DNA of 61,344 nt from Minisyncoccia bacterium (lineage in GTDB: Bacteria; Patescibacteriota; Minisyncoccia; Moranbacterales; GCA-2747515), in the NCBI GenBank assembly GCA_041738235.1, contig JBGSQF010000013.1, positions 1-61,344 of the forward strand. Direction: 5' to 3'. This document shows positions 1 through 9,323 of the stretch, in pieces. The notes under the pieces were generated by a model, which saw nothing but the letters and a program-made list of their open reading frames with translations, was not told the DNA's origin and ran no database searches. Both the position numbers and the translations under genes were made by a program. How positions within the stretch are numbered: the stretch's first letter is position 1; every line of letters starts with the position of its first letter.

Positions 1-2
1 CT

Positions 3-122
3 TTTTCCATGTCGTCGCTCAATGACGGCAAGAGCCATGAGTATCGACTCTATGCGATCAACTATCCCAGCGGAGACAATCCGCAGCTTACCAACGGGAA
101 GTTCTCGCAGACATGCAGATGA
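3..122 (+). CDS. possible 3' end of a gene entering from upstream (frame 3: ...SLNDGKSHEYRLYAINYPSGDNPQLTNGKFSQTCR*)
   Basis: Open from the window edge to TGA 120-122. More protein-like than the R/S/T-rich frame-1 track ORF 22..204. No family recognised. Segment is GC-richer than the following genes. Confidence 0.2.
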   Translation, partial: FSMSSLNDGKSHEYRLYAINYPSGDNPQLTNGKFSQTCR

Positions 123-196
123 CCCACACCGCCACTCCCAATACCGTTTGAGAGAGCAAGGATGCTCGACGGAGGTGACTATGTGGCAAACGACGA

Positions 197-232
197 CGAC
201 CTAGGAGTGCAATGCTCCTGGGTCGTTTTTTT
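197..232 (+). terminator. rho-independent terminator
   Basis: 11-bp stem (197-207 pairs with 215-225, one G-U), 7-nt loop, then a T7 run at 226-232. Confidence 0.7.
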
Positions 233-317
233 ATGGGGAAAACTTGTGTTTCTTTTTTTGGATTGGTATAATATAGAAAGTTAGCAAAAAATCTTTTTAA
301 AAAATAAAAGCATCTTC

Positions 318-944
318 GTGAATAGTAAAAATAAAAAAAATTGGCTGTTCTTTGGGGGGATGGCTTTGTTGATCGTCCTCTCTGTGGGAGCTACCTACTA
401 TCGATATGTTGTTGCGCGAGATTATTTTGTGACTTTTGAGGCGCCCTGCGATCCAGAAGTGGAGTCGTGTTTTTTGTATGAATGTGACCCAGAGGCAGTG
501 GATGCTGAATGTTCCGGAGATCCGGCAGAGGATACATATTATTATAAAAACATGCAAAAGAAGGCTTATGCTTTACGGAATTGTGTAGGGGATCCGGGAG
601 GTTGTGTCGAGGCCACCTGTGCAGAGGGAGAAGAGGATTGTATGGAGATACAATGTGGCTCTTTGAATGCGAATTCGGATGGTGAATGTTACGGCCCGGG
701 ACTTATAGGGGAAGACGCAACCATGGATGATGATACAGCTACCGATGACAGTGAAGAGGTGACCGATCAGGATACCGCAGTTGGAGATGGGGTGGTGGAT
801 GAGGAGGATGAGGGTATGGTAGAGGATGGTAATATGGATGAGGATACGGATAAAAGGGAAGACGTGATTGATGGGAGTGGAGATGGGAGCGCCTCAATCC
901 AAGATAATCAGCAAAGTACTGGAAATGATGGAAATACTTTATAA
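318..944 (+). CDS. membrane-anchored Cys-rich protein with acidic low-complexity tail (hypothetical)
   Basis: GTG 318 (alternative ATG 360). N-terminal TM helix WLFFGGMALLIVLSVGATYY, an 11-Cys region, then a D/E-rich tail. No family recognised. Confidence 0.6.
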   Translation: MNSKNKKNWLFFGGMALLIVLSVGATYYRYVVARDYFVTFEAPCDPEVESCFLYECDPEAVDAECSGDPAEDTYYYKNMQKKAYALRNCVGDPGGCVEATCAEGEEDCMEIQCGSLNANSDGECYGPGLIGEDATMDDDTATDDSEEVTDQDTAVGDGVVDEEDEGMVEDGNMDEDTDKREDVIDGSGDGSASIQDNQQSTGNDGNTL

Positions 945-1078
945 TAGGGGACAATATTTAGGTAGCGGCATTGATAGTAAGGATTTTTGACACTCTTTTC
1001 ATTCGTGAGGGGAGTTTTTCAGGTTCTTACAGGGTAAGGTTTACAACGAGGAATCCTTAGACTTCCTGTTTTGAGTTC

Positions 1079-1107
1079 TTGACAAAAGCATTAAAACATT
1101 GTATAAT
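1079..1107 (+). promoter_or_regulatory. consensus sigma70-type promoter
   Basis: TTGACA (1079-1084), 17 nt spacer, TATAAT (1102-1107), 57 nt upstream of ATG 1165. Confidence 0.55.
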
Positions 1108-1164
1108 CAATGGTTTGGTTGATTGGGGATCATAACGTTTCTCTTAATTGGTAATGTTTTTGAA

Positions 1165-2469
1165 ATGAACATTCTTTTTATTTCTGAGGATATGTCGGGC
1201 GGAGATCTTGCATATCGTCTAAAAAAGGAAGGAAATAAAGTGCGTCTCTTTGTTCGTAACCAGAGCCAGGCTCATGCTTTAGATGGAATGATCACCAAGG
1301 TTGGTGACTGGAAGAAAGAGCTTTCATGGGTAGGTGAGAAAGGCCTTATCGTATTTGATAGTACTGGATTTGGAAGAACCCAAGATGAGCTTCGTCAGGC
1401 GGGATACTCAGTCGTTGGAGGGTGTGCCTTGGGTGACAAAATAGAGGACGATCGCCATTTTGGGAAAAATATAATGGATCAATGTGGGATCAAGACGATC
1501 CAGTCACACGCATTTCATTCAATTCGAGATGCTGTTAAGTTTGTTTCAAAAGAAAGGGGGGAGTGGGTCATTAAGCAAAATGGGCACACTTCGAAGATCT
1601 ATAATTACGTTGGGCAGATGCCTGATGCGAGTGACGTGGTAGATGTTTTAAAATCGTATGGGAAAAATAATAAGAAGGACTCTGCGTATATTGAACTCCA
1701 GCGATGTGTTCGAGGGGTGGAAATAGGAGTTGGACGTTATTTTAATGGAAATGATTGGGTTGGACCGTTAGAGATGAATGTTGAGCATAAAAGTCTCTTT
1801 CCAAATGGTATTGGTCCGAAAACGTATGAAATGGGTACGTTAATGTGGTATGACGATAACGTAGAAGAGAACAAGATCTTTCGGGAAACTTTAGCAAAGA
1901 TGAAAGACTATCTTCGTGAAATCGGTTTTCATGGGGATATTGATATTAATTGTATTGTTAATGAGGCAGGCATTTATCCTTTGGAGCTTACTGCTCGATT
2001 TGGTTTTCCAGCTACTCAGTTGCAGAGCATTATTCATGTTTCTCCGTGGGGAGAGTTTTTAAAGGCTGTCGCAGATGGGGATGCTTATACCTTAAAATAT
2101 AGAAAGGGTTTTGGTGTTACCGTGGTTGTTGCAACGCCGCCATTTCCATATGAAGCTGTTTCAAAGCGATATTCCATGGAGGGAACTCATATATTTTTTA
2201 AGTCTCCCCTTACGAAGGAAGAGAGAAACAGGATCCACTTCGAAGAAGTTTCTATGAGCAAAGACGGGTCGTTCTATTTATCTAATCGAAATGGTTTTGT
2301 TTTACATGCGAGCGGTATGGGAACAACTATTCAAGATGCACAAGACCAGGTATATGCTTTGATCGATAAGATCGTTATTCCTAAGAAGTTTTATCGTAAT
2401 GATATTGGAAAGAAATTTGCAGAGGTTGAAATGGATCTTTTGAGGTCATGGGGATATTGTCACGCTTAA
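1165..2469 (+). CDS. PurD-like (phosphoribosylamine-glycine ligase-like) ATP-grasp protein, divergent
   Basis: ATG 1165 preferred over TTG 1123. PurD-like N-terminus (MNILFIS..SGGDLAYRLKKEG). GIGPKTYEMGT resembles the PurD GPNTGGMG loop. ATP-grasp length. No other pur genes nearby. Confidence 0.7.
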   Translation: MNILFISEDMSGGDLAYRLKKEGNKVRLFVRNQSQAHALDGMITKVGDWKKELSWVGEKGLIVFDSTGFGRTQDELRQAGYSVVGGCALGDKIEDDRHFGKNIMDQCGIKTIQSHAFHSIRDAVKFVSKERGEWVIKQNGHTSKIYNYVGQMPDASDVVDVLKSYGKNNKKDSAYIELQRCVRGVEIGVGRYFNGNDWVGPLEMNVEHKSLFPNGIGPKTYEMGTLMWYDDNVEENKIFRETLAKMKDYLREIGFHGDIDINCIVNEAGIYPLELTARFGFPATQLQSIIHVSPWGEFLKAVADGDAYTLKYRKGFGVTVVVATPPFPYEAVSKRYSMEGTHIFFKSPLTKEERNRIHFEEVSMSKDGSFYLSNRNGFVLHASGMGTTIQDAQDQVYALIDKIVIPKKFYRNDIGKKFAEVEMDLLRSWGYCHA

Positions 2470-2478
2470 GATCGCTAT

Positions 2479-3411
2479 ATGATGAGCGCATGGTTCATTT
2501 TTGCTATCCTGAGCACAGTTGTTAGTGCTGTAGTTCAGGTCATCGATGTATATCTTCGTGAAGATAGGATATTTGTTGATCCTATAGAGCCAACAGTAGT
2601 TTCCGGTTTGATGCAAGCAATGCTTTGGATCGTCATTCCGTTTGTTGGCTTTCAGCTTCCTGGGAATACCTGGATCGTTTTTCTGGCGATCTTTGGTGGA
2701 ATACTTCATATCTTGTCACTCTTTTTTTACTTTAGGGCGGTTTTTTCTTTTGGGGACATTTCTCTTATTGCTATTCTATGGAATTTACTATTGGCAGTGG
2801 TCCCATTGTTAGCCTATCTCTTTCTTGGAGAGTTATTGACCATTGGAGAATATGTTGGAATAGTGATGCTATTTGCGGGCGCGTTCTTTATCACATATTC
2901 TAAAGATACGGATAATCGGATCTTCTTTCGCGTCGCAGGGTTAATGCTTGTTGCTGTTGTATTAATGTCGATTTCCATCGTGTGTTTAAAGAACGTGTAT
3001 GAATATACAAGTTATTGGAATGGCTATTTGCTGTATAACTTTGGGATCGTTGGGGGCACCGCGTTGGGGTGCTTATTATTCTTGGGTAAAAAAACAGGGA
3101 GACGTCTAAGGAAAACCACGCAGAAATTTCTCTATTTTTTTATTTTTGTAGAGTTTCTGCAACTTGTTGGAGACTCTCTTTCGAATAGGGCAACCAGCCT
3201 TGGTCCAGCGTCGTTAGTGACAGCTATTGAAAGTACCCAGTCCTTTTTTGTTATCGTTGTGAGCGTTATCGTTGCTTTTTTTGTTCGCCTTTTCTTTAGA
3301 AAAAAAGAGTTACTGGTAAAGAGTATCCAGGCAATGCAATTTCAGGCATTGCCTATGAAGATAGTTGCTTTGATTTTTATGTTTATTGGGGCGTATCTTG
3401 TGAGTGGTTAA
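2479..3411 (+). CDS. polytopic membrane protein, DMT/EamA-like transporter (tentative)
   Basis: About 10 hydrophobic helices arranged as two halves. Family call by topology only. Confidence 0.55.
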   Translation: MMSAWFIFAILSTVVSAVVQVIDVYLREDRIFVDPIEPTVVSGLMQAMLWIVIPFVGFQLPGNTWIVFLAIFGGILHILSLFFYFRAVFSFGDISLIAILWNLLLAVVPLLAYLFLGELLTIGEYVGIVMLFAGAFFITYSKDTDNRIFFRVAGLMLVAVVLMSISIVCLKNVYEYTSYWNGYLLYNFGIVGGTALGCLLFLGKKTGRRLRKTTQKFLYFFIFVEFLQLVGDSLSNRATSLGPASLVTAIESTQSFFVIVVSVIVAFFVRLFFRKKELLVKSIQAMQFQALPMKIVALIFMFIGAYLVSG

Positions 3412-3418
3412 GTTATTG

Positions 3419-3964
3419 ATGAAAAAAAATATTCTTATGAAACAGAAAAACGTATTTCAAGTAAAAAATAAACCAGACTCAAAGTCTCTCTCTGCTATTT
3501 TGGAGTTGGAGAAAGTTTGTTTCCCTGTTGAGTGGCAATATCCAGATGCTCGAGAGTATTATCAGGAGATGCTAGAAAAGCCATCTGCCATACATTTGTT
3601 TCTTGAGTCAGAGGGTAAATGTGTGGGTTATCTTTTGGCCGTTCCCCAAGATGACGTGCATGAAGATCTTGTAGTACATGATCCTGAATTTACCAAGGAC
3701 AAAAATTGCTACTATTTGGAGACGATCGGTGTTCATCCGGAGTATCTGGGGCAAGGTGGTGGAAAGATGCTCGTTTCGGCACTGGTAGACGAGGTTCGAA
3801 GAAGAGGAGACATGGATAAAATATCAGCACATGCCCGAACATTGAATGGCTTTAGTTTGAGCATACGGAAGAGTTTTTCCAAAGACATCATTGAAATTCG
3901 AGACATTGATCATTGGCATTTTGGAGGTGGAGAACCATACGAATATATCAAATGGAAAATTTGA
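3419..3964 (+). CDS. GNAT family N-acetyltransferase
   Basis: GNAT motif A: IGVHPEYLGQGGGKMLVSALVDEVRRRG. ATG 3419 lies inside the ORF that opens at GTG 3404. Confidence 0.75.
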   Translation: MKKNILMKQKNVFQVKNKPDSKSLSAILELEKVCFPVEWQYPDAREYYQEMLEKPSAIHLFLESEGKCVGYLLAVPQDDVHEDLVVHDPEFTKDKNCYYLETIGVHPEYLGQGGGKMLVSALVDEVRRRGDMDKISAHARTLNGFSLSIRKSFSKDIIEIRDIDHWHFGGGEPYEYIKWKI

Positions 3965-4034
3965 TCCTTTGATATGGCACATTCGGTAGAAAAATGGTAT
4001 AGTTCTCGTATATATAAAATAAAAAAAATATTTT

Positions 4035-5756
4035 ATGATCTGCTCCGGATTTCCTGACCCACAATTACTCTTTTTTGTTGAGGGCGCTCCTCCTTTGCTA
4101 TATTACTCCCATATACCTGTAATGATCATTTCTTTATTGTTGGGTTTTTACGTGTATTTTGTGGGACAGAAGACAGTGGCTAGCAGGATACTTCTTACAA
4201 TATCTATTGTTTTTTCGTTGTGGGTTTTGTGCAACTTGATAACTTGGACAAGTAATGATAGTACGATAATATTCTTTGTCTGGGCATTTTTTGGAATATT
4301 ATTTGCGCTGGTATCTTTGTTGAGCGTATATTTCGTATATGTTTTTTCAGACAAAAAAGACATCTCACTTTTTAAGAAATTGATCTTTGGACTGATTCTT
4401 TTACCGATCATTGTGCTGACCCCGACACGGCACAATATTGAAGTGTTCGATCTTGGTGTGTGTGGTATACCAAATGGTGGGACCTACTTTAATGCCTACT
4501 ATTATGTTGTGGGGTTGCTCTCTTTTATTTGGATCCTGGGGATTTTGGTGTCTCGTATAAGGTCCAAGGGGGTTCCCAGGGAAATGAAGAAACAGATCCT
4601 ATTATTAGGTATTGGCGTTGAGTTTTTCTTATTTTCATTCTTTTTAGCGGGTGCTTTGGCGAGTTATTTTGTGGATATGGGTTATGTGGCAGACTTCGGT
4701 TTGGAATTTTATGGGCTTTTTGGAATGCCTATTTTTATGGCTTTTCTTACTTACATTATTGTTCGGTACAAGGCGATGAATGTGAAACTCTTGGGTGCCC
4801 AAGTTCTCGTTATGGCGATGACGATCCTTATTGGATCGCAATTCTTTTTTGTTAAGAGTTCTATTAACAAGGTTCTCACGGCGATCACATTTGTTCTGGT
4901 TATCGGTTTTGGATATATTCTGATTCGTTCTATTCAGCGAGAGTTGGAAAGAAGAGAAGAATTGCAAATGATGACAGAGCGGCTATCGCAAGCAAATGAA
5001 CGACTGAAAAAATTAGATCGTGCAAAGTCTGACTTTATTTCCATCGCATCGCATCAACTTCGTACGCCACTTACGGCGATCAAAGGATTTATATCGCTTA
5101 TCTTAGAGGGGAGCTATGGTTCCGTGACCGGGGATGTGCAGAACGCTCTCAATAAAGTATATCTTTCTAATGAACGATTGATCCATCTTGTAGAAGATCT
5201 GTTGAACATCTCGCGTATAGAATCTGGAAAATTGCAATTTCGCATGGAGAGTTGTGATCTCACCGCGCTTCTTCGTGATGTAACGGATATGTTTGTGTTG
5301 CGAGCAAAAGAAAAGGGTCTCAAGCTCACTTTGGATATTCCTTCGGGTACATTACCTTTGATTATGACAGATGGCCAAAAGGTGAGGGAAGTAATCTCTA
5401 ACCTTATTGATAACGCGATCAAATATTCTGAGACGGGAGAGGTAAAAATTCAGGTAATAAGTATGAACGAGGGAGTTCGCGTTTTGGTAAAAGATACCGG
5501 TATGGGAATCGAGCAAGAGGACCTTCCTTATCTTTTTCAAAAGTTTTCGCGAGGAAAGGACATTGGACGTGTACATGCTAACGGTACGGGGTTGGGTTTG
5601 TATGTGGGAAAAAATCTTATGGAGGCTCTTGGTGGTTCTATTGCAGTGGAATCCGATGGTCCGGGGAAGGGGGCGACATTTTCGATCGTACTACCCGCTA
5701 CACTTCCTGATACTATATTAAGGCGCACTGAACAGCAGGTATTCGAACAGGTGTAG
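4035..5756 (+). CDS. sensor histidine kinase with multi-TM N-terminal domain
   Basis: About 8 N-terminal TM helices. H-box SIASHQLRTPLTAIKGF. HATPase_c boxes NLIDNAIKYS, DTGMGI, GTGLGL. Confidence 0.9.
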   Translation: MICSGFPDPQLLFFVEGAPPLLYYSHIPVMIISLLLGFYVYFVGQKTVASRILLTISIVFSLWVLCNLITWTSNDSTIIFFVWAFFGILFALVSLLSVYFVYVFSDKKDISLFKKLIFGLILLPIIVLTPTRHNIEVFDLGVCGIPNGGTYFNAYYYVVGLLSFIWILGILVSRIRSKGVPREMKKQILLLGIGVEFFLFSFFLAGALASYFVDMGYVADFGLEFYGLFGMPIFMAFLTYIIVRYKAMNVKLLGAQVLVMAMTILIGSQFFFVKSSINKVLTAITFVLVIGFGYILIRSIQRELERREELQMMTERLSQANERLKKLDRAKSDFISIASHQLRTPLTAIKGFISLILEGSYGSVTGDVQNALNKVYLSNERLIHLVEDLLNISRIESGKLQFRMESCDLTALLRDVTDMFVLRAKEKGLKLTLDIPSGTLPLIMTDGQKVREVISNLIDNAIKYSETGEVKIQVISMNEGVRVLVKDTGMGIEQEDLPYLFQKFSRGKDIGRVHANGTGLGLYVGKNLMEALGGSIAVESDGPGKGATFSIVLPATLPDTILRRTEQQVFEQV

Positions 5757-5886
5757 AGGGCTGAGTCCGTATGCGCGATCTATTGACTATTTTACTCACC
5801 TGGCGACCTACATCCCCAGGTTTTTTATGGGAAGTTATTGTGAGAGGATGATAAATAGTGTATGATTGAGGTGTAAACTCTTAAAT

Positions 5887-6738
5887 ATGACGAATATGAC
5901 CAGGATCCTTTTAGTGGAGGATGATCCAATGATCGCCGAAATATATCAAAAAAAGTTTCTCTCTTCCGGGTTTGAGGTTGATGTGGCAGCGACAGCAACC
6001 GAAGTGTTCCAAAAAGTCCAGGAAAAGGGATATGACCTTATGCTGCTCGATCTGGTACTTCCAGAGATGAATGGAATAGAGATACTCCGGAAGCTCAAGA
6101 ATGATACGCAGTTGCGTGATCCGAATTTGAAGGTTTTGATATTTAGTAACCTTAATGATCAGGAAAATCAGGAAAAGGCATTGGAATTGGGGGCTATTGG
6201 CTTTATAGAGAAGTCGATGTATAACCCGGCGGAGTTGGTGGAGGAGGTCCAAAGAATATTGCATGAATCTTCCGAGAGGGAAAAGAACGCGGAAAGAAGG
6301 ATGGAAACCTCTTTTGGAGAACAGCGGTCGGAAGCATCGCTCAAGAAAAGGATCCTCTTTATAGAGGATGAGGAAGTTTTTCGAGAAATGTTTGGTGGTA
6401 AGTTGAGAGATGAAGGATATGAAGTCGATGTGGTAAGTAACGGAATGGCTGGAGCGCAAATGGCTCTTGAGGGAAATTATGATCTGGTGATCACTGATAT
6501 GATGATCCCAGGTTTAAGGGGAGATGAGGTAGTGCAACAAATACGCGCCACAGAAAGGGTCAAAGACGTTCCCATTCTTGTGATCTCTGCTTCTGCCACA
6601 GATGATGAAATAGAGCATGTTAAAAGCTTGGGCATACAGGAGTTTTATTTAAAAACGAGCATAACCCCGACCATTCTTTTTGAAAAGGTTCAGGGTGTTT
6701 TTGCAGAAGGTGATCATACTGGTGGATCGACAGAGTGA
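5887..6738 (+). CDS. response regulator with two tandem receiver domains and no output domain
   Basis: REC1 is ILLVEDD...DLMLLDLVLPEMNG. REC2 is ILFIEDE...DLVITDMMIPGLRG. They are joined by a charged linker. ATG 5887 lies inside the ORF that opens at 5866. Confidence 0.85.
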   Translation: MTNMTRILLVEDDPMIAEIYQKKFLSSGFEVDVAATATEVFQKVQEKGYDLMLLDLVLPEMNGIEILRKLKNDTQLRDPNLKVLIFSNLNDQENQEKALELGAIGFIEKSMYNPAELVEEVQRILHESSEREKNAERRMETSFGEQRSEASLKKRILFIEDEEVFREMFGGKLRDEGYEVDVVSNGMAGAQMALEGNYDLVITDMMIPGLRGDEVVQQIRATERVKDVPILVISASATDDEIEHVKSLGIQEFYLKTSITPTILFEKVQGVFAEGDHTGGSTE

Positions 6739-6790
6739 TGTTTGGTGGTAAAGTATTTTTTAACGAAGGGTTGGTCGGACAATAAATACC

Positions 6791-7987
6791 ATGAAACTAT
6801 TTTCGGCGTACAATGCACATATTAAAACCCTCTTTGCTATGACGGGCATTTTTGGTTTTTCTATGGCGATCCTTACATTCACGATGGCGCCGTACTTACA
6901 AAGAGCTCTTGGAACCAATAACATAAGTGTGGTCTATTTGATCCCAGAGGTGATAGTTCTAATTTGCTTTTCTTGGTTTTTGGGAAGGGTGGGACGGGCT
7001 GGAAAAATGGTTGTCTTTTTCTTTCTTGTTTTTTTTCAGATCCTTCTTCTCTCGGCGGTCATTTCTTTTGAGGGAACAAGGATGAGCACATTCTTTATTG
7101 TGATCCACTTAGCGATCCTACCTTTTTTGATGATATTACTGGATATGCTTTTGGAAGCACATTCACGAGACGAGGATACAGGCAGAGTACGTGGTATGTA
7201 TATATTTTTTGCAAGTTTTGGGTTTTTGATCGCTCCTGTGATAGCAGGATCTTTGGTGGATCGATACGGATTCTCTTCCTTGTTTTTTGTAGCGATCTTG
7301 TGCTACGTCGTAATGTTTTTATTGGCTCTTTCGAGATATCTTTCTGAAGGAACTCCGGAAATCTTGAACAAGATCTCTCTTTTAGAGATCGCACAGAGAT
7401 TGCTCAGAGACGGGGACATTGGACGTATTTATATCATTTCTCTTTTGTTGGAGGGTTTCTATGTTATGAGTGTTATCACATTTCCGTTGTATCTCATTAA
7501 GATGGGGCTTACACTTTCGCAGTCAGGTCTTATCTTTACCGTTATGCTTCTCCCTTTCATACTGTTTGCTTATCCGGCGGGTCGACTTGCGGACATTCGG
7601 TGGGGAGAAAAAGAAATATTGGTAAGTGCGATGATATTTCTGGGCATTGTGCTTTTGGTTATCTCTAGGGTGGAAACGGGGAGCATGTATGTGTGGATGG
7701 CTCTTTTCTTTTCTACAAGAATTGGCGCTTCTCTCATGGAGACTATGCGTGATTCCTACTTTTTTAGAAAGGTGGGGGGTGAAGATGTGGAACTTATTTC
7801 TTTTTTTCGCACTGCGCGATCTATTGGAATTCTGATAGCGGCTGGTATAACTTTTATATTTTTGTACTTTGGGGAGTTCTACGATAAACTCTTTGTGTTT
7901 TCTGCGGTATGTATTTTCTTGGGGGCTTTAGTGGCGCTTCAACTACGAGATTCAGAACCGAATGGATCGAAAGTGGGCAACGCATAA
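6791..7987 (+). CDS. MFS-type transporter (substrate unknown)
   Basis: 398 aa with about 12 hydrophobic segments, 6+6 with a central loop. Confidence 0.65.
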   Translation: MKLFSAYNAHIKTLFAMTGIFGFSMAILTFTMAPYLQRALGTNNISVVYLIPEVIVLICFSWFLGRVGRAGKMVVFFFLVFFQILLLSAVISFEGTRMSTFFIVIHLAILPFLMILLDMLLEAHSRDEDTGRVRGMYIFFASFGFLIAPVIAGSLVDRYGFSSLFFVAILCYVVMFLLALSRYLSEGTPEILNKISLLEIAQRLLRDGDIGRIYIISLLLEGFYVMSVITFPLYLIKMGLTLSQSGLIFTVMLLPFILFAYPAGRLADIRWGEKEILVSAMIFLGIVLLVISRVETGSMYVWMALFFSTRIGASLMETMRDSYFFRKVGGEDVELISFFRTARSIGILIAAGITFIFLYFGEFYDKLFVFSAVCIFLGALVALQLRDSEPNGSKVGNA

Positions 7988-8001
7988 TATCATGTATTTG
8001 T

Positions 8002-8721
8002 ATGTATAGTATAAAGTTGGAACAATTCGAAGGACCCATGGATCTACTCCTGCAACTGATAGAGAAGAATGAGTTAGATATCACACGAGTGAGTTTGGCG
8101 CGAGTAGCAGATCAATTCATTGAGTACATGGAGAGTAACCATAATCTTCCGTTGGAACAAATGGCTGACTTTCTAGATACTGCTGCGAGGTTACTGTTGC
8201 TCAAATCAAAGGCGTTACTTCCAGTTTTGCAGTTTACTGAGGAAGAGGAGGAGGAGATCGTGGACTTAGAGGAAAGACTGAGGTTATACGCCTTGTTCAA
8301 GGAAAAAGCGATGCTGTTGGGAGGAATGGCGGAGGAGCAAAGATATATGTTCTCGCGTGAGGCGTTTGTGGGTCTGGATAAGATGTTTCTTCCTGATCCT
8401 TCGATGCTGCGGGTGCTCTCTTCAGATCTTGAGAGCGCGCTTAAAAAACTTCTCGATACTATTCCTGACCCAGAGAAGCTGAAAGAAAAGATATTGAGAA
8501 GAACTATACGACTAGAGGAAAAGATCAAACGACTCAAAGAGCTTATTTTGCAGAGGACAAAATTTACTTTTTTTGAGATCATACGAGATAGGCGTGACCA
8601 TGGTGAGATCGTTGTTTCATTTCTTGCAATATTGGAACTGGTACGTCAGAAACATATGACCGTTCGGCAAGAGGACAATTTTGGAGATATGTATGTGGAA
8701 AAAATAGTAGAGGGTAAGTAA
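8002..8721 (+). CDS. scpA: segregation and condensation protein A
   Basis: Signature LEQFEGPMDLLLQLIEKNELDITRVSLARVADQFIEYM. ATG 8002 chosen because the ORF opening at 7909 overlaps the MFS gene. Confidence 0.85.
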   Translation: MYSIKLEQFEGPMDLLLQLIEKNELDITRVSLARVADQFIEYMESNHNLPLEQMADFLDTAARLLLLKSKALLPVLQFTEEEEEEIVDLEERLRLYALFKEKAMLLGGMAEEQRYMFSREAFVGLDKMFLPDPSMLRVLSSDLESALKKLLDTIPDPEKLKEKILRRTIRLEEKIKRLKELILQRTKFTFFEIIRDRRDHGEIVVSFLAILELVRQKHMTVRQEDNFGDMYVEKIVEGK

Positions 8722-8756
8722 GGTATGGAAGCAAATAAGGTACAGTTTTATGATTA

Positions 8757-9323
8757 ATGTTTAGAGATACACATATGGAAATAGGATCTAAGATAGAGTC
8801 AATTCTGTTAGCATATGGAGAGCCGATAGCACTTTCAAAATTGGCAAAGGTTTTAGGGGAGCAAGAGGATGTGATTAGGGAGACTGTTGAAAAGTTGGAC
8901 GCTGAATATTTGGAACAACGGCGAGGATTTGCTATACTAAGAAAAGAGAATTTTGTTCAGTTGGTTTCACATCCTGATTGCGCCGAATCTATACGGAAAC
9001 TGAAGCGTATTGAGGATGAAACCACTCTTTCTCCAGCCACTCTTGAGGTGCTGTCGATCATTGCTTATCGTTCGCCGATCACTCGATCGGAGATCGAGAT
9101 GATACGAGGGGTGAATTGTAGTTCGATCCTACGATCCTTATCCATACGTGGTTTGGTGGACAGAATAGAGGAGAGTGGGGATGGTCGGTCTTATACGTAT
9201 TCCCCGTCATTTTCATTACTGAAGATACTTGGAGTTAAAACATTAGAAGATTTACCCGAATATGCCAATCTTTCAAGAAACGGAAAACTCTATCCAGATC
9301 AAAAAGAGTCCGTTTCCGCGTAG
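8757..9323 (+). CDS. scpB: segregation and condensation protein B
   Basis: ScpB winged-helix signature EVLSIIAYRSPITRSEIEMIRGVNCSSILRSLSIRGLV. Directly follows scpA. Alternative start ATG 8775. Confidence 0.85.
   Translation: MFRDTHMEIGSKIESILLAYGEPIALSKLAKVLGEQEDVIRETVEKLDAEYLEQRRGFAILRKENFVQLVSHPDCAESIRKLKRIEDETTLSPATLEVLSIIAYRSPITRSEIEMIRGVNCSSILRSLSIRGLVDRIEESGDGRSYTYSPSFSLLKILGVKTLEDLPEYANLSRNGKLYPDQKESVSA

Noticed and set aside
22-204. A frame-1 ORF at the window start, plus a tmRNA-like thought: gcaaacgacgacgacctag encodes ANDDDL*, reminiscent of an ANDENYALAA-type tag.
   Set aside because: The translation is R/S/T/H-rich junk typical of an off-frame in GC-rich DNA. The tag lacks the hydrophobic LAA end. 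Only ~30 nt and a terminator follow, leaving no room for pseudoknots or the tRNA-like 3' domain. The segment 1-232 stays unresolved.
5911-6459. Long antisense shadow ORFs inside confident genes. Examples are 5911..6459, 8112..8582, 23716..24396, 36858..37352, 44440..44985, 46053..46595, 47480..47851 and 57846..58214.
   Set aside because: Each lies entirely within, and antisense to, a gene with clear family motifs. The products are low-complexity (S/K/F/I-rich), which is typical of AT-rich antisense frames.
7909-8001. N-terminal extensions in the ORF track opened by alternative or upstream starts. Examples are scpA 7909, greA 47017, hrcA 59418, wzt 24594, PBP2 45069 and secD 36162.
   Set aside because: The extensions overlap upstream genes or add non-conserved residues ahead of the family-typical N-terminus. 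Internal ATGs matching conserved N-termini were preferred. The exact starts remain predictions.
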